From the NCBI GenBank assembly GCA_951406725.2, contig OX597824.1:8866001-8930000 (forward strand): a stretch of DNA of 64,000 nt, written 5' to 3'. The position numbers and the translations under genes are program-made. The notes beneath the pieces were generated by a model, which saw nothing but the letters and a program-made list of their open reading frames with translations, did no database searches and was not told the DNA's origin. This document shows positions 1 through 12,785 of this stretch, piece after piece; positions within the stretch are counted from its first letter, which is position 1, and every line of letters begins with the position of its first letter. Origin of the DNA: Octopus vulgaris. Its lineage: Eukaryota.

Positions 1-200
1 TTTTTTTCCTTACATCCCCTTTCCCCGCCTCTTTAAAAATTTTATTTCATCCCCCCCTTTTTCATTTCATTTTTTTTCTTTCTTTCTATTTACGATCCCT
101 TTTGATCGAAAACCAAACCCCCTTATTTCCCCCCCAAAAAAGCTCTACCTTGTAATTTTGTCCTGTCTGTGTGCAGCCCTGTGTGGCTAATAAAGAAACA
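1..200 (+). mobile_element. 3' end of a (TATC)n-associated retroelement (probable LINE 3'UTR)
   Basis: 89-200 (tttacgatcccttttgatcgaaaacc...gcagccctgtgtggctaataaagaaaca) recurs at 57461-57572 and in part at 19141-19165. Every copy ends in AATAAAGAAAC followed by (TATC)n. Confidence 0.6.
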
Positions 201-258
<58 letters not shown>

Positions 259-282
259 CCTATCTATCTATCTATCTATCTA
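201..282. repeat. (TATC)n microsatellite
   Basis: Direct reading. Confidence 0.95.
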
Positions 283-361
283 TATGTCAGTCAGCCTCTC
301 TCCATCATTACCTCTCTCTCTCCCCTATCTCCATTGCTCTATCTGCCTCTGTGTCTGTCCG

Positions 362-402
<41 letters not shown>

Positions 403-784
403 TTCTGTATATGTATGTATTTGAGTCCGATAAATTTTCACTTCAAGTTGTTCATAAAAAGGATGAACCCTGCTTCCACAGAGATGTATATTATTTCCTA
501 CATAAAAGGATGAAACCTTATAAATCAATCCCTGTCATGACCTTGTTACTTTGCCAACGGAGATTGATTAGAACAAACCACTTTTGCTAGATGTGTGTGC
601 ATCTATCACACAAACACAAAACCTTCGTTTTATATGTGTCAGAGAAGGCCTTTTTAAACCACTTTTAATAACACAAAAATTCTGCTTCCTAAGCTGGAAA
701 GATCTTTAGATTACTTGCAAAAGATTTCCTAACATTCTCAGGAGCTTTGTGAAGTATTTGAAGAAAATGGCACGAAATTCTTAT

Positions 785-912
785 AGGCGCTGGCAGAGTT
801 GTGTAATGAAGAACTTTGATTTCACCCATGTAGCTTCGGGGTCAGTCCCAGCGCTCTACACCTGTGGCTAAAATATTCTACTATTGCTCCGAATCTTGCG
901 AGTGGATTTGCT
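785..912 (+). mobile_element. Degenerate 5' part of SINE family B (tRNA head/CORE-like)
   Basis: ggcgc...ggggtcagtcccagcgc...ttctactattgc...cttgcgagtggatttg resembles the head of 43152-43559. Confidence 0.5.
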
Positions 913-920
913 ACATATAT

Positions 921-980
<60 letters not shown>

Positions 981-1176
981 AACAGGAAATATATATTAAA
1001 ATATATATTGAAGATATATATTAAAAGAAAATATATACCAAACCACGGCTTTACTTTTAAATTACCAATTACTGTATACTTTTTAGCTAGGACTGTACAT
1101 AGTGAAGTAATACACTAGTAGTACCTACGGATACATTTATCCCTTAGATGGTTGCATAGCCTCTAACTCATAATTT

Positions 1177-1289
<113 letters not shown>

Positions 1290-1443
1290 ATTTTTTCATA
1301 CTAAGTTCTATATGTATGAATTTTATCAGTTCACGGTTTGCAGCCTTGTACTCAACATTCACGAATTGAACACCTATTTTGAATATTTTAAACTACCTGT
1401 GAAGAAATTCCACTTCCAAATAATTTTTAATTTAATCAATTAA

Positions 1444-1481
1444 TTTTCTGAAGGTCTGGAGAATTGAAACAGCTGTAAAAG
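1444..1481 (+). ncRNA. Degenerate hammerhead-like motif in a (TA)n-flanked island
   Basis: tttt-CTGAAGG-tctggagaatt-GAAA-CAGCTG-TA-aaag: palindromic stem III (ACAGCTGT), GUA triplet and weak stem I; A9 is changed and stem II does not pair. Confidence 0.4.
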
Positions 1482-1723
1482 ATGTTTGTAAATTTTTTAA
1501 TTAATATATAATAATTTATTAATTACCTCTCTATTCTCGCATCTTATTTTTATATACACATATCTCGTTTACATATATGTATATATTTATGTGTGTATAT
1601 ATATATGCATATATATATATGTATATATACACACAAATATCTTTATATATATATACATACTCACACACACACACATATATATATATATATCAAACATGAA
1701 TTAGAAACAAAACACAAAGGATA

Positions 1724-1824
1724 TCGCGGTACACGTGTTTCAAGCTTTATAAACAATCTGTTATTACATCAGCATAAGTATATTATTGATAGAATAGAGA
1801 ATTTAAAGCTCTCTTCAGCCGCAA
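1724..1824 (-). ncRNA. Type I hammerhead ribozyme, single copy
   Basis: Minus strand reads ttgcgg-CTGAAGA-gagcttta...taaagctt-GAAA-CACGTG-TA^ccgcga. Stem I ttgcgg/ccgcga, 8-bp stem II (G-U at its base), palindromic stem III ACACGTGT, predicted cleavage between 1730 and 1729. Confidence 0.75.
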
Positions 1825-1885
1825 AGATTGTTAGTCCAATATATATATCATAGTAACCAACAGGATATCAAGTAGAGATGCAGTA

Positions 1886-2252
1886 CGACCGTTTCAAACG
1901 ATTCCGGTTGATCCGAATCAACGGAATAGCCTGCTCGTGAAATTAACGTGTAAGTAGCTGAGCACTCCACAGACACGTGCACCCTTAACGTAGTTCTCGG
2001 GGATATTCAGCGTGACATAGAGAGTGACAAGGCCGGCCCCTTGAAATACAGGTACAACAGAAACAGGAAGTAAGAGTGAGAGAAAGTTGTGGTGAAAGAG
2101 TACAGCAGGGATCACCACCATCCCCTGCCGGAGCCTCGTGGAGCTTTTAGGTGTTTTCGCTCAATAAACACTCACAACGCCTGGTCTGGGAATCGAAACC
2201 GCGATCCTATGACCGCGAGTCCGCTACCCTAACCACTGGGCCATTGCGCCTC

Positions 2253-2253
<1 letters not shown>
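1886..2253 (-). mobile_element. SINE family A (tRNA-Arg-like head, resembles octopus OR-type SINEs), near full length
   Basis: Minus strand begins ggaggcgcaatggcccagtggttagggtagcggactcgcggtc, with A box TGGCCCAGTGG and B box GGTTTCGATTCC. Body matches 45926-46303 and 6901-7086. Confidence 0.85.
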
Positions 2254-2351
<98 letters not shown>

Positions 2352-2454
2352 GTACACGTATATATATTTATATGTATATGTATATGTGTATATGTATATG
2401 TGTATATATATATATATAAATATATCTGTGTGTGTGTGTATGTGTGCATGTTTA

Positions 2455-2670
2455 TGTGTGTGTGTGCGTGTGTGTTTCTGTGTTTTCCCCCCACCATCAC
2501 TTGATAACCGATGTTGGTGTGTTAATGTCCTCGTAAAGCAGCGGTTCGGCAAAAAGACCGATGGAATAATCACTAGGCTTACAAAGAATATATTCTGGCG
2601 TCGATTTGTTCGACTAAAGGTGATGTTCCAGCATGACCGCTGTCAAATGACTGAAACAAATAAAAGAATA
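2455..2670 (+). mobile_element. SINE family B, 3' half
   Basis: Matches the 3' half of 43152-43559 and 27764-28155 (...ccagcatgaccgc...atgactgaaacaaataaaagaata). Confidence 0.75.
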
Positions 2671-2719
2671 CACACAGACACACACACACACATAAATATA
2701 TATAAGATATATATGATAG

Positions 2720-2912
2720 ATCGCTGGCCAGTACACATTTAAAAAATGTTCTCTTCTTGCTTCTTTCCTTATTTCTGTCTACGTTTCTTTCTGTGGAAGA
2801 GCGTAGGCTCGAAACCTTAAAGACTTTATCACTTCCCGAGCGTTAAATTAATACATCTGTTTGCTGTCTACACCACCTGTCTTCGTCTTTTGCTTTTTTT
2901 GTGAATTCTCCC
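2720..2912 (+). mobile_element. Short (TA)n-flanked repeat with a minimal hammerhead-like motif (family D, putative Penelope-like pLTR remnant)
   Basis: Homologous to 7400-7601 (+) and 15764-15900 (-). Motif tcttt-CTGTGGA-a-gagc-gtag-gctc-GAAA-cctt-aaaga at 2786-2823. Confidence 0.6.
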
Positions 2913-2920
2913 CTATATAT

Positions 2921-2959
<39 letters not shown>

Positions 2960-3065
2960 TATTTATATACACGCCTATATTTATATACACACAGATAAAT
3001 GTATGTAAGTATGTATGTATGTATGTATGTATGTATGTATGTATCTATCTATCTATCTATATATA

Positions 3066-3148
<83 letters not shown>

Positions 3149-3227
3149 GGATGAGGAAGAGAGAGAGAGAGGAGTAGTGAATGTGTGACTAAATAACTAG
3201 AATCAGTATTTTCTTTTTTTCTGATAA

Positions 3228-3450
3228 GAATAATATAGTGACAACTACAATAGAATAATGAGAATTAAAATAGAATGGAGCGAGCTAAAGCTGTAACATC
3301 TAGAACAGAATGGTGAAAAACTAGTAAAAAATGGTGACGAGTGCAATAGAATAGTAGGAATAAGAATAGAATGGTGACAATTACAATGGAAACGATGACA
3401 ACAACAATATCATTATGACAATTGGAACGGTGGCACCTACAGTAACAGAA
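3228..3450. repeat. Degenerate ~20-bp minisatellite (consensus approximately aatagaatggtgacaactac)
   Basis: Recurring aatagaatggtgac-like units. Confidence 0.5.
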
Positions 3451-4309
3451 ACGAGTTCTTGTATTGGATTTTATCTTACAATGTAGAAGTCAGTTAAATT
3501 TCTTTATTTTTACGCCTGTACTTCTACATGTGTTAATAATTAGTTCATGACTGAGAAATAACATGGAAGGAGCGTAGGAAATAAAAATATATATAAGAAT
3601 AAACAGTGTTTTTTCTTATCAAAGTCTTGTTCGTAATTATTTAGTTTGATGTAAAATTTCAACGAACATTTAGTTTTCATGTCAGGCAGGTGTAATTCAC
3701 TTCAACTTCAGCCAAAGTGCATTCGCTGGTGGTAAATAATTAAAACTTCAAACTTGCATGATAACGATTTCTGTTTGGTTTCAGTGAGTTAGGACAGGAG
3801 AATGTTTATACATGCAAAGCGCACTGAAAATAAAGTAGTTACAAGATTTAAAATGATAGAGAGGAGTTTAGAGCTGAGGTGATAATTTCCGAATTTCTTT
3901 GAAATTAACTGAACGAATAAACGTACCTGCAGCTATCTCATACGATTAATGGACAATATTGGTGTCTAGGTCACGCCACTGAAAAGGTGATGAATTCCGT
4001 CGTATTGGAGGTACCTTCCTTAATTGCTAGATTTCAACTAGAGTGTCACCGTTCGTATGACGGGTAGTGTTGGGAATAAATTTTTGCTTCTGTGGATAAT
4101 ATCATGTAATGATATACAGCTTCAATAATTGTAATTGTGCTTTTTCTCAGAACTCACAATGCTTATACAAAACTAATTAATCTCCAGTCGTATAATCTGT
4201 GATGTCGACAGTATGTTTCTGCAACAGTTGGTATTGTTACACCTGCTTTTGTCATTGATAGTTAAACAGCATTAATGTTATTGATAACATATATTTATTG
4301 TACATCTTT

Positions 4310-4532
4310 ATTCTTTTATCTTTTACTTGTTTCAGTCATTGGAATACGCCCATGCCGGAGTACCGACACGAATGCTTTTAGTTAAAACTGATGGATCTCT
4401 CTACATATTTGCAAGTCTGATACTTATTCTATTACTCACTTTTTGGCGAGCAGCTAAGTTACGGTGACGTAAACAAACACTTGTTGCCAAGCGGTATGGT
4501 GATGGTAGTGGTTTACAAACATAGATATAAGG

Positions 4533-4595
<63 letters not shown>

Positions 4596-4604
4596 CACAC
4601 ACAC

Positions 4605-4639
<35 letters not shown>

Positions 4640-4705
4640 ACCCACAGAACGTATATATTTATAAAGATGGGCTTCACAGGTGTGTTTCCATCTACCCAAT
4701 TCACT
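4310..4705 (-). mobile_element. SINE family B, degenerate, with internal (CA)n
   Basis: ttttacttgtttcagtcatt...gacgtaaacaaacac...gggcttc...tctacccaattcact. Confidence 0.65.
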
Positions 4706-4933
4706 TTGCAATCACAAACACGTGGTTGCAAATTGAAAGTTTGATACGAAAGGTTTCGAAAAATTAATTTGACTTAATTTAACTTGATAAATATTTTCAA
4801 ATGGGAGATTTTTTCTATCAAGTTCATATTTTAAAACTAACAAGTGATCTGTGAATAATCATTATTTTCTGCTCCCCTCGGAAGCGTTTACGATTCGTCT
4901 TCCTTTTCTAATACACTTGGAAAAACGTATATG

Positions 4934-5164
4934 TTTCTTTATTACTCACAAGGGGCTAAACATAGAGGGGACAAACAAGGACAGACAAACGAATTAAGTT
5001 GATTACATGGACCCCAGTGTGTAACTGGTACTTAATTTATCGACCCCGAAAGGATGAAAGGCGAAGTCGACCTCGGCGGAATTTGAACTCAGAACGCAGC
5101 GGCGGACGAAATACCGCTTAGCATTTCTCCCGGCGTGCTAACGTCTCTGCCAGCTCGCTGCCTT
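4934..5164 (-). mobile_element. SINE family C (tRNA-like head, Meta-like central domain), full length with TSD
   Basis: Minus strand aaggcagcgagctggcagag...gagttcaaattccgccgaggtcgacttcgcctttcatcctttcggggtcgataaattaagtaccag...taataaagaaa. 17-bp target-site duplication (TSD) with 2 mismatches at 4915-4931 and 5167-5183. Confidence 0.85.
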
Positions 5165-5978
5165 ATACTTCGAAAAATGTATAAGCGTCGAAACTATTTG
5201 CAATCATCTAGAAACGGATGTGGTATTTGCTACGCAAAACACAATCTACGAAATTTTAAAGAAACGGTCCCACTGTGATTTTTCAGTTGAAGCCCAAACA
5301 ATTAACTTATGTTTCTAATGCCTTGAAGGAAACAGAAACGTTACAAACAATTTCATTTGTTTTTTGTTTTTTTCACTGCTGAAAAAGAAAGAAGGAAAGA
5401 AAGCCGAGCCTTGCGCATATATAAAATATCTATGTTTTTTGGAAGAATTTTTACCTTTTATTTTATTAAGACATGAAAAGAGAAGAAAAGCAATATTTTT
5501 TCGGGGCAGTTATCATATATTAAATTTCAAATTGAAATAAAATATTTAGCCTAAAAAAATAATATGAAGAATTCTTATGAAAATATTTTGATTCAACAAA
5601 TTGAAGAATGTTCCATAATGCACGTAATAGAAAAAAATTAATTCAATCTCTTAATCTCTCACGAATATAAAGAAACATACGCCATTATGCATATCACTTT
5701 ACGCCAGATATTTAATTGTAAAAAGGTTCCATTCAATTTACTTTGTTGTTTTTTTCGCTATTGTTTCTTTTTTTCCATTATAGGTCTGAATTTCCATAAA
5801 AATAAATTCGCTAATATATCTACACCTACATACAACTCTACATACGTTTGTTTGCCTCTTTCAATATATCGTGTGTCTTGAGAATATTTGCACTCCGTCC
5901 AAAATATCTATTTATTTATCTGCTTTGCTGAGGTGGACACACTTGAATTTATATCTTCTCTTTTGCAATATGTCTGGA

Positions 5979-6180
<202 letters not shown>

Positions 6181-6286
6181 AGTGTATATTGCATGTATTG
6201 CTTGTGTGTGTTTTGTAGTACTGGATGATGTAATTCCATATATTCTTACTTATGAATATATCTGTGTTTGTGTTTGTGTATGTGTG

Positions 6287-6335
<49 letters not shown>

Positions 6336-6900
6336 ATGTGTGTGAGTAGTGTGAGTGTATGTGTAGCGTGAGTGTATGTGTGTTGTGTGTGTGTGCGTAG
6401 CGTGAGTGTATGTGTGTTGTGTGTTGTGTGTGTGTGTGTGTGTGTGTGTGCACATGTAGCCCTGGTTTTAATTCTAAGTTATATTTTGAAATCGAACGAT
6501 GCGGTCTAGGAAACAATTAGACCGAACAGTATCCTTGTATTTGCAAATATTTATCATCATACACAAACACATATAAACACACCCATATACACATAAATGC
6601 ACACATATATATATACTTAAATATGCGTACATATACACATATAGGAACTGACATACATAGATACATACAAATACACATGTCCTCAAGTTGATTTCGAGCG
6701 TGACCGGTTACCCGATGTAGACATCTATTTGCATAAGACCTGCCAGTGTTTCTACGACGAACCCTCAAGTGAGTACCTAGCCTTGACTTTGCTTAAATTT
6801 TGTTGCGATAAACGTACCACTTAACTCTGTGTAGTTCCATCCCGAAGCATTACTCCAGAGTTAATTTGAACAGAAGATGAATACATCTTTATAAGTAAAG

Positions 6901-7086
6901 TGGTGGTGAACCCTGCTGTACTCTTTCAAACAAAACGTTCTCTCACTCTTTCTTCCTGTTTTTCTTGAACCTGTATTTCAAAGGAGCCAGACTTGTCACA
7001 CCCTGTGTCACGGTGAATCACCCCGAGAACTACGTTAAGGGTACACGAGTCTGTGGAGTGCTCACCCGCTTGCACGTTAATTTCAC
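6901..7086 (+). mobile_element. SINE family A internal fragment
   Basis: ccctgctgtactctttc...ccccgagaactacgttaagggtacacg...cacgttaatttcac matches the reverse complement of 1886-2253. Confidence 0.8.
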
Positions 7087-7103
7087 ATAAAGTTTTTTCT
7101 AAG

Positions 7104-7148
<45 letters not shown>

Positions 7149-7230
7149 ACATAATCTTTTGTGGTGAATGACGATTTGACGTCTATATCTAGCATGTTGA
7201 CTGTCCACTTTTCGTGTTCAGTCCTTAATT

Positions 7231-7291
<61 letters not shown>

Positions 7292-7399
7292 AAGTTTATA
7301 TACATATATATATGAAGGTCGTGAGTTCAATTTCCGGCGATGCGTTGTGTCCTTTAGTAAGACACTTTATTTCATGTTGTGCCTGTACTTCAACTGACC

Positions 7400-7601
7400 G
7401 GCCTTGTATATTTTCTCTTTCTCTCTTCTCTTTTCTATTATCAATTCTCTATTTTCGCTCCCATTTTATTTCTGTGCCCCTTTCTGTTGAAGAGCCTAGG
7501 CTCGAAACGTAAACGACTTACATTTCCGAGCGTTAAACTAATACATCTATTTGTTGCTTATACCCCCGTCTTCGTCGTTTTTTTTTGTTGTAAATTTTCC
7601 C
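7400..7601 (+). mobile_element. Family D repeat with minimal hammerhead-like motif
   Basis: cttt-CTGTTGA-a-gagc-ctag-gctc-GAAA-CGT-A-aacg at 7480-7515; downstream ccgagcgttaaactaatacatct shared with the 2720-2912 copy. Confidence 0.6.
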
Positions 7602-7620
7602 TGTATATATATATATAATT

Positions 7621-8154
7621 CTTTCTGCAAAGTGCCTTGTTTGCTATGTTAATTAAATCCTGTAATAAGGGTACACACGTTTAGCTTTTTAATTAATCGC
7701 TGGTATTTATTTAAGTTTCAAAGTCGTTCAATGCTAACTGATTTGATAGATTATATGAAGATGAGGTACGTTGCTTAATCCTCGCTGATTTAGTTTAATT
7801 AGACATGAAGAGAAACCGTGTATGGGTGTAATACATATCTACTATGGATTGCCACAAATGTGGGAAGGAAAGATATATATATATATATACATATATCGAT
7901 CCCAGCACTTATTCTTTGTAAGCCAAGTACTTATTCTATCGGTCTCTGTTGCCGAACCGCTACGTTACGGGGACGTAAACACAACACCATCGGTTGTCAA
8001 GCGATGTTGTTGGGACAAACACAGACACATAAACACACACTCACACAACGGGCTTCTTTCAGTTTCCGTCTACCAAATCCACCCGAGGCTAAAGTAGAAG
8101 ACACTTGCCCAAGGTGCCAGTAAGCAAGCTACTTACCACATAGCTACTCCTACG

Positions 8155-8206
<52 letters not shown>

Positions 8207-8608
8207 CATACAAACACACACATATGTAAAGACGTTCTTGTGTGTATGCGTGCGCATATTTTCGCTGTATGAAGGGCAATGTTAAACTCACAGCGATTTG
8301 TAATCAAAATACAAAAGATCGTAACATAACAGAGAACTTTATTTCGCCTTTTCTTCTCACAGTTGTGACAATTCCTTGTAGATATGTATTACATCCATAC
8401 ACGAGTTTCTCTTCATGTCTAATTAAACTGAATCAGGAACGATTAACCAACGTATCTCATCTTCATATAATCTATCAAATCAGCTGTCATTGAACCACTT
8501 TGAAACTGCGCAACTTAAATAAATACCGGCGATTAATTAAAAAGCTAAACGTGTGTATCCTTATTACGGGATTTAATTAACATAGCAAACAAGGAACTTT
8601 GCAGAAAG
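7621..8608. mobile_element. Long-inverted-repeat (foldback/MITE-like) element
   Basis: 7621-7872 is an imperfect reverse complement of 8348-8608 (e.g. ctttctgcaaagtgccttgtttgctatgttaattaaatcc vs ggatttaattaacatagcaaacaaggaactttgcagaaag). A SINE B copy and (TA)n lie between the arms. Confidence 0.7.
7900..8157 (-). mobile_element. SINE family B with internal deletions, nested between the inverted arms
   Basis: acttattctttgtaagccaagtacttattctatcgg...ctacttaccacatagctactcctacgcc. Confidence 0.8.
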
Positions 8609-8719
8609 TGAATCAAGAACAACATACTGAAATTTCGAAAAATATATAATTTCATCTCTCCATCCATCAATCTATTGATCTGTATCTCCATTAATTTATC
8701 CACCCATCCATGTATACGT

Positions 8720-8765
<46 letters not shown>

Positions 8766-8780
8766 CACACACGCACATAA

Positions 8781-8860
<80 letters not shown>

Positions 8861-9623
8861 GTACGCATACATAATATATATGATGGCTGCAACTCATACT
8901 TGAGCAACTACATCTCTTGAGAGTTCTGTTAAATACGAGCAACCGGGATGTGGCCTTTTCATGTAACTAGTTACTCACAGTGATTTGCAGAGATGGGGCA
9001 ACCGTAGGTACGTCTCTCAGTAGGGGTTCAGAGAGCCTACCATCCACTCCGACAAACGCCTTCATTCCATCAGGGAAGGTTTTAATAGAATGTTTAGCCG
9101 TTCTCGGCTACGGCCAACCATAATAGCAATGTTAACAGTAATGTTAAGCGATGCTCGGGCATGAAGCTTCTTAAGATAATGAAAAAGTCTTTTACAGAGC
9201 AAATCAAAATCCTTCATCAACGTAACGATTTGCTCCCAAAAGATCTACGTTAGTGAATGATAAGGAGGTCACAGGTGTTATATAATTTAGAAATGAATGT
9301 CGAGAAATAATTTAAAATCCGGGTCAGTAGCAGCCAATATCTGTATTTAGAAATGTGTTCAGAAGGCAAAGAAAAAAAACATACTGTTGATATGATAAAC
9401 AAAATCATTTTTCATCGGAGGCCTTTATAAATCTTAGATGTGCGGAAACTTTGCAAAGATCTTTTTCGAATAATATCTCTTCATCATTGGAGTTTTCCTT
9501 CTTTCTCCCGGAGAAATGTCGAAAGAAAGACTAGGGCTCTTTCACTCTCAGACGTTGAATGGTCGATGGGTCCACAGAATTCAAGCCTTGTGCCTAGAGT
9601 AGAAAAAATATTATTATTGTCAT

Positions 9624-9778
9624 TCTTCTTCTTCTTCTTCTTCTTCTTCTTCTTCTTCTTCTTCTTCTTCTTCTTCTTCTTCTTCTTCTTCTTCTTCTTC
9701 TTCTTCTTCTTCTTCTTCCTCCTCCTCCTCCTCCTTATCATCATCATCATCATCATCATCATCATTATTATTATCATT
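9624..9778. repeat. Compound (TTC)n(CTC)n(ATC)n(ATT)n microsatellite
   Basis: Direct reading. Confidence 0.95.
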
Positions 9779-10587
9779 GTTATTCACACAGATACATGCT
9801 CACATACGCACTCATATATGCGTGTGCTACATGTATATGTATACAATTCGTATTACTGTCACTTCCTAACCATGAATTTTTCTGTCTGTCTGCCTGTCTC
9901 TCTGTCTCTCTGTCTCCCTCTATCCACCCCTCCATCTCTCTCTCTCTCTCTCTCTCTTTATATATATATATATATACACACGCAAACATATAATTTTCTA
10001 TGTTAGTATTCTATATCTACTAAAACATTTGCAGCAGGGGAATGATTTATGAGTAATTCAACTCAAGCGCAGTCCCCCCCCACACACACATATGTACATA
10101 GAGAAACTCACACATACAGATATTTAAACACAAACACTTTACTATACAGGAACATTTATGTGTATACATACTCACACATCCGAACGCACACATATACGAT
10201 TATATACAGAGCCTGTTACACGCATATATAAGCGCTGAGGCTTGTAAGAGGCATGCGTTTAAAAATGATGCGGAAATACATAATGCAATGATCGATTTGG
10301 TAAAAATGCAAATGTTGAACCAAATCAATCATTGTTCCAATACGACATGCTTCACAGATCAAAGATCCGACGCAAAATGTTCCATCCTCACTGCGTTCAT
10401 ATAAACCAGCGTTCACGCTCGATTGACCTTGATTGAATTGAATGTTCTTACCTCACCCCTTTGCCTTAATGTACAATGAACATATGGAATATTACATGTA
10501 TATATATATATATGTATATACATATACAGACACACGCACACACATATATATATACATACATAGACACACACATATATATATACATAT

Positions 10588-10641
<54 letters not shown>

Positions 10642-11187
10642 CAAATATGTGTGTGTACGTGTGTGTAGATAAATAGATAGTAAATATGCTTATGTAATAT
10701 CTATCTATAGCACACACATATATACAAACACGGGTACACACACATACTCACGTGTGTGTGTGTGTGTGTGAGCGTATTCTACATAAGGGGAAACCGCTTA
10801 TTGCGAATGGTTTGGGACAAAAGCGATTCGATAACAAGACTCGACTGTTAATAATACCAGGCTGATAACATTAAGCAGGGAATATAATAATGCCTGCATT
10901 TGTGATTGTAGTAACCGGAAATATTTTATGCATTTTAAATAGTGACTGTGGGACTTTAACATTGAAATAAATGCGTGACAATATGTGCCAGGTTCTGGGG
11001 CCGACTTGAGGCCGTGGTAGAACCTGGCAGTGGATAGTTTTAATAAACTGTTACCTTCCAAGTATAATCTATTTGATAAGATTTTCATTTTTTAAAATAC
11101 CTTTATTTTTGGATAGATTATTCTTTTTTTCCCCATTGTACAGACTGTCAAACTTTGGCCGAACATCCTGTAATTTTTTGAAATTTT

Positions 11188-11250
<63 letters not shown>

Positions 11251-12261
11251 TATATGGAGAGAGAGATAGAGAGAGAGAGAGAGAGAAGAGGGTGCAAAAG
11301 CGTGTCTGTGTGGTAAGCAACTTAGCACGGCCGTGGTCTAATGATCAAAACAGGGAAACGATAAAGGATAAAAAAAAATTTTAGCGCACACACACATACA
11401 CACACACAGAAACACACAGACACACACAGAAACACACACACACACACACGCATGCACACGTACACACGCATACACGTACGCACATGTACGCTCGTACACA
11501 TACATATACTTATGTAAAGAATTCCGATTCTCGTAGGCTCATTCTGCATTTAAAACTAAGGAGTAAGTGCAACTACCCACACTCGATACGGTAAGATATA
11601 ACTAGCGTGGATATCATTGAATTTGTGGAATTTTCTGCAAAAAACAGGTGATTGACTTTGAGTAGTACCTCTAATGTCTCAACACAAGGATGCAATTACC
11701 ATACAACACAACACTGGGATTGATTGCATCTCCATAAAACTCAAACCCACTAACGGTGAAATTCTGTCGGGAAAATCTGTATAACCCTGAGTCGCACGAC
11801 ATAACAGGAATATCACAGAAACCAAAAAGCAATCCACAGCTTGAACATGATGCCGGCATACATTAGGAACTTTGGTAAAGATGTAGGAGCTCAGAAGGGT
11901 CTGATGCGCAGCTGCAAACGTAACTTGAACAACAACGAATATATTTGAACAAAGTCGAGTTTTCAAATATATCATAGTTAAAAGAAAAGCTGTGCTCTCC
12001 TCTTTGGCTTACAAACAAAAACCCACACAGGTACATTTAGGTATATATGTGTACATTTATATAGGTGTGAGTGTATGTACGCACATATAGGTGTATCGTT
12101 CTTTCTCCCCTCATCTCCACTCTCTTTCTCTTTTTATATATATATATTAAGATAAATATAGATACCGATATATAAAGAGAGAGAGCAAAATATATAGATG
12201 ATTAATATTCGTAGGAAATGATAAATGATAGTTGCTTATACATGTATGTGTAAATGTAACA

Positions 12262-12406
<145 letters not shown>

Positions 12407-12424
12407 TATAGTAATATCTATCTA

Positions 12425-12472
<48 letters not shown>

Positions 12473-12746
12473 TTGCTATCTTTGCAGACATTCGGGGACA
12501 TAAAATGGTAAATGCAGCAAGCAGGAATAATTCAATTCCATACAAATGCATAGTTTGATATTTCTGGCTTGATGTCCTCGCATACAGAATGAAATATGCC
12601 ATTCACCTTACGCATAGAAGCAAGCAAGTTGCAGAACATACACATAGACATATACGTATAACATATACGTCTGTGTATACTTAAATATGCATCTAGTTAA
12701 ATAAATATCTGTGTGTATGTGTGTTTGTGTGTGTGTCTATATATAG

Positions 12747-12785
<39 letters not shown>

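Noticed and set aside
11060-11172. Possible Tc1/mariner-like terminus (aaactttggccgaacatcctg|ta)
   Set aside because: No matching second TIR or transposase remnant was found.
11671-11975. Short ORFs in unique sequence
   Set aside because: No protein motif recognised, and lengths are within chance expectation.
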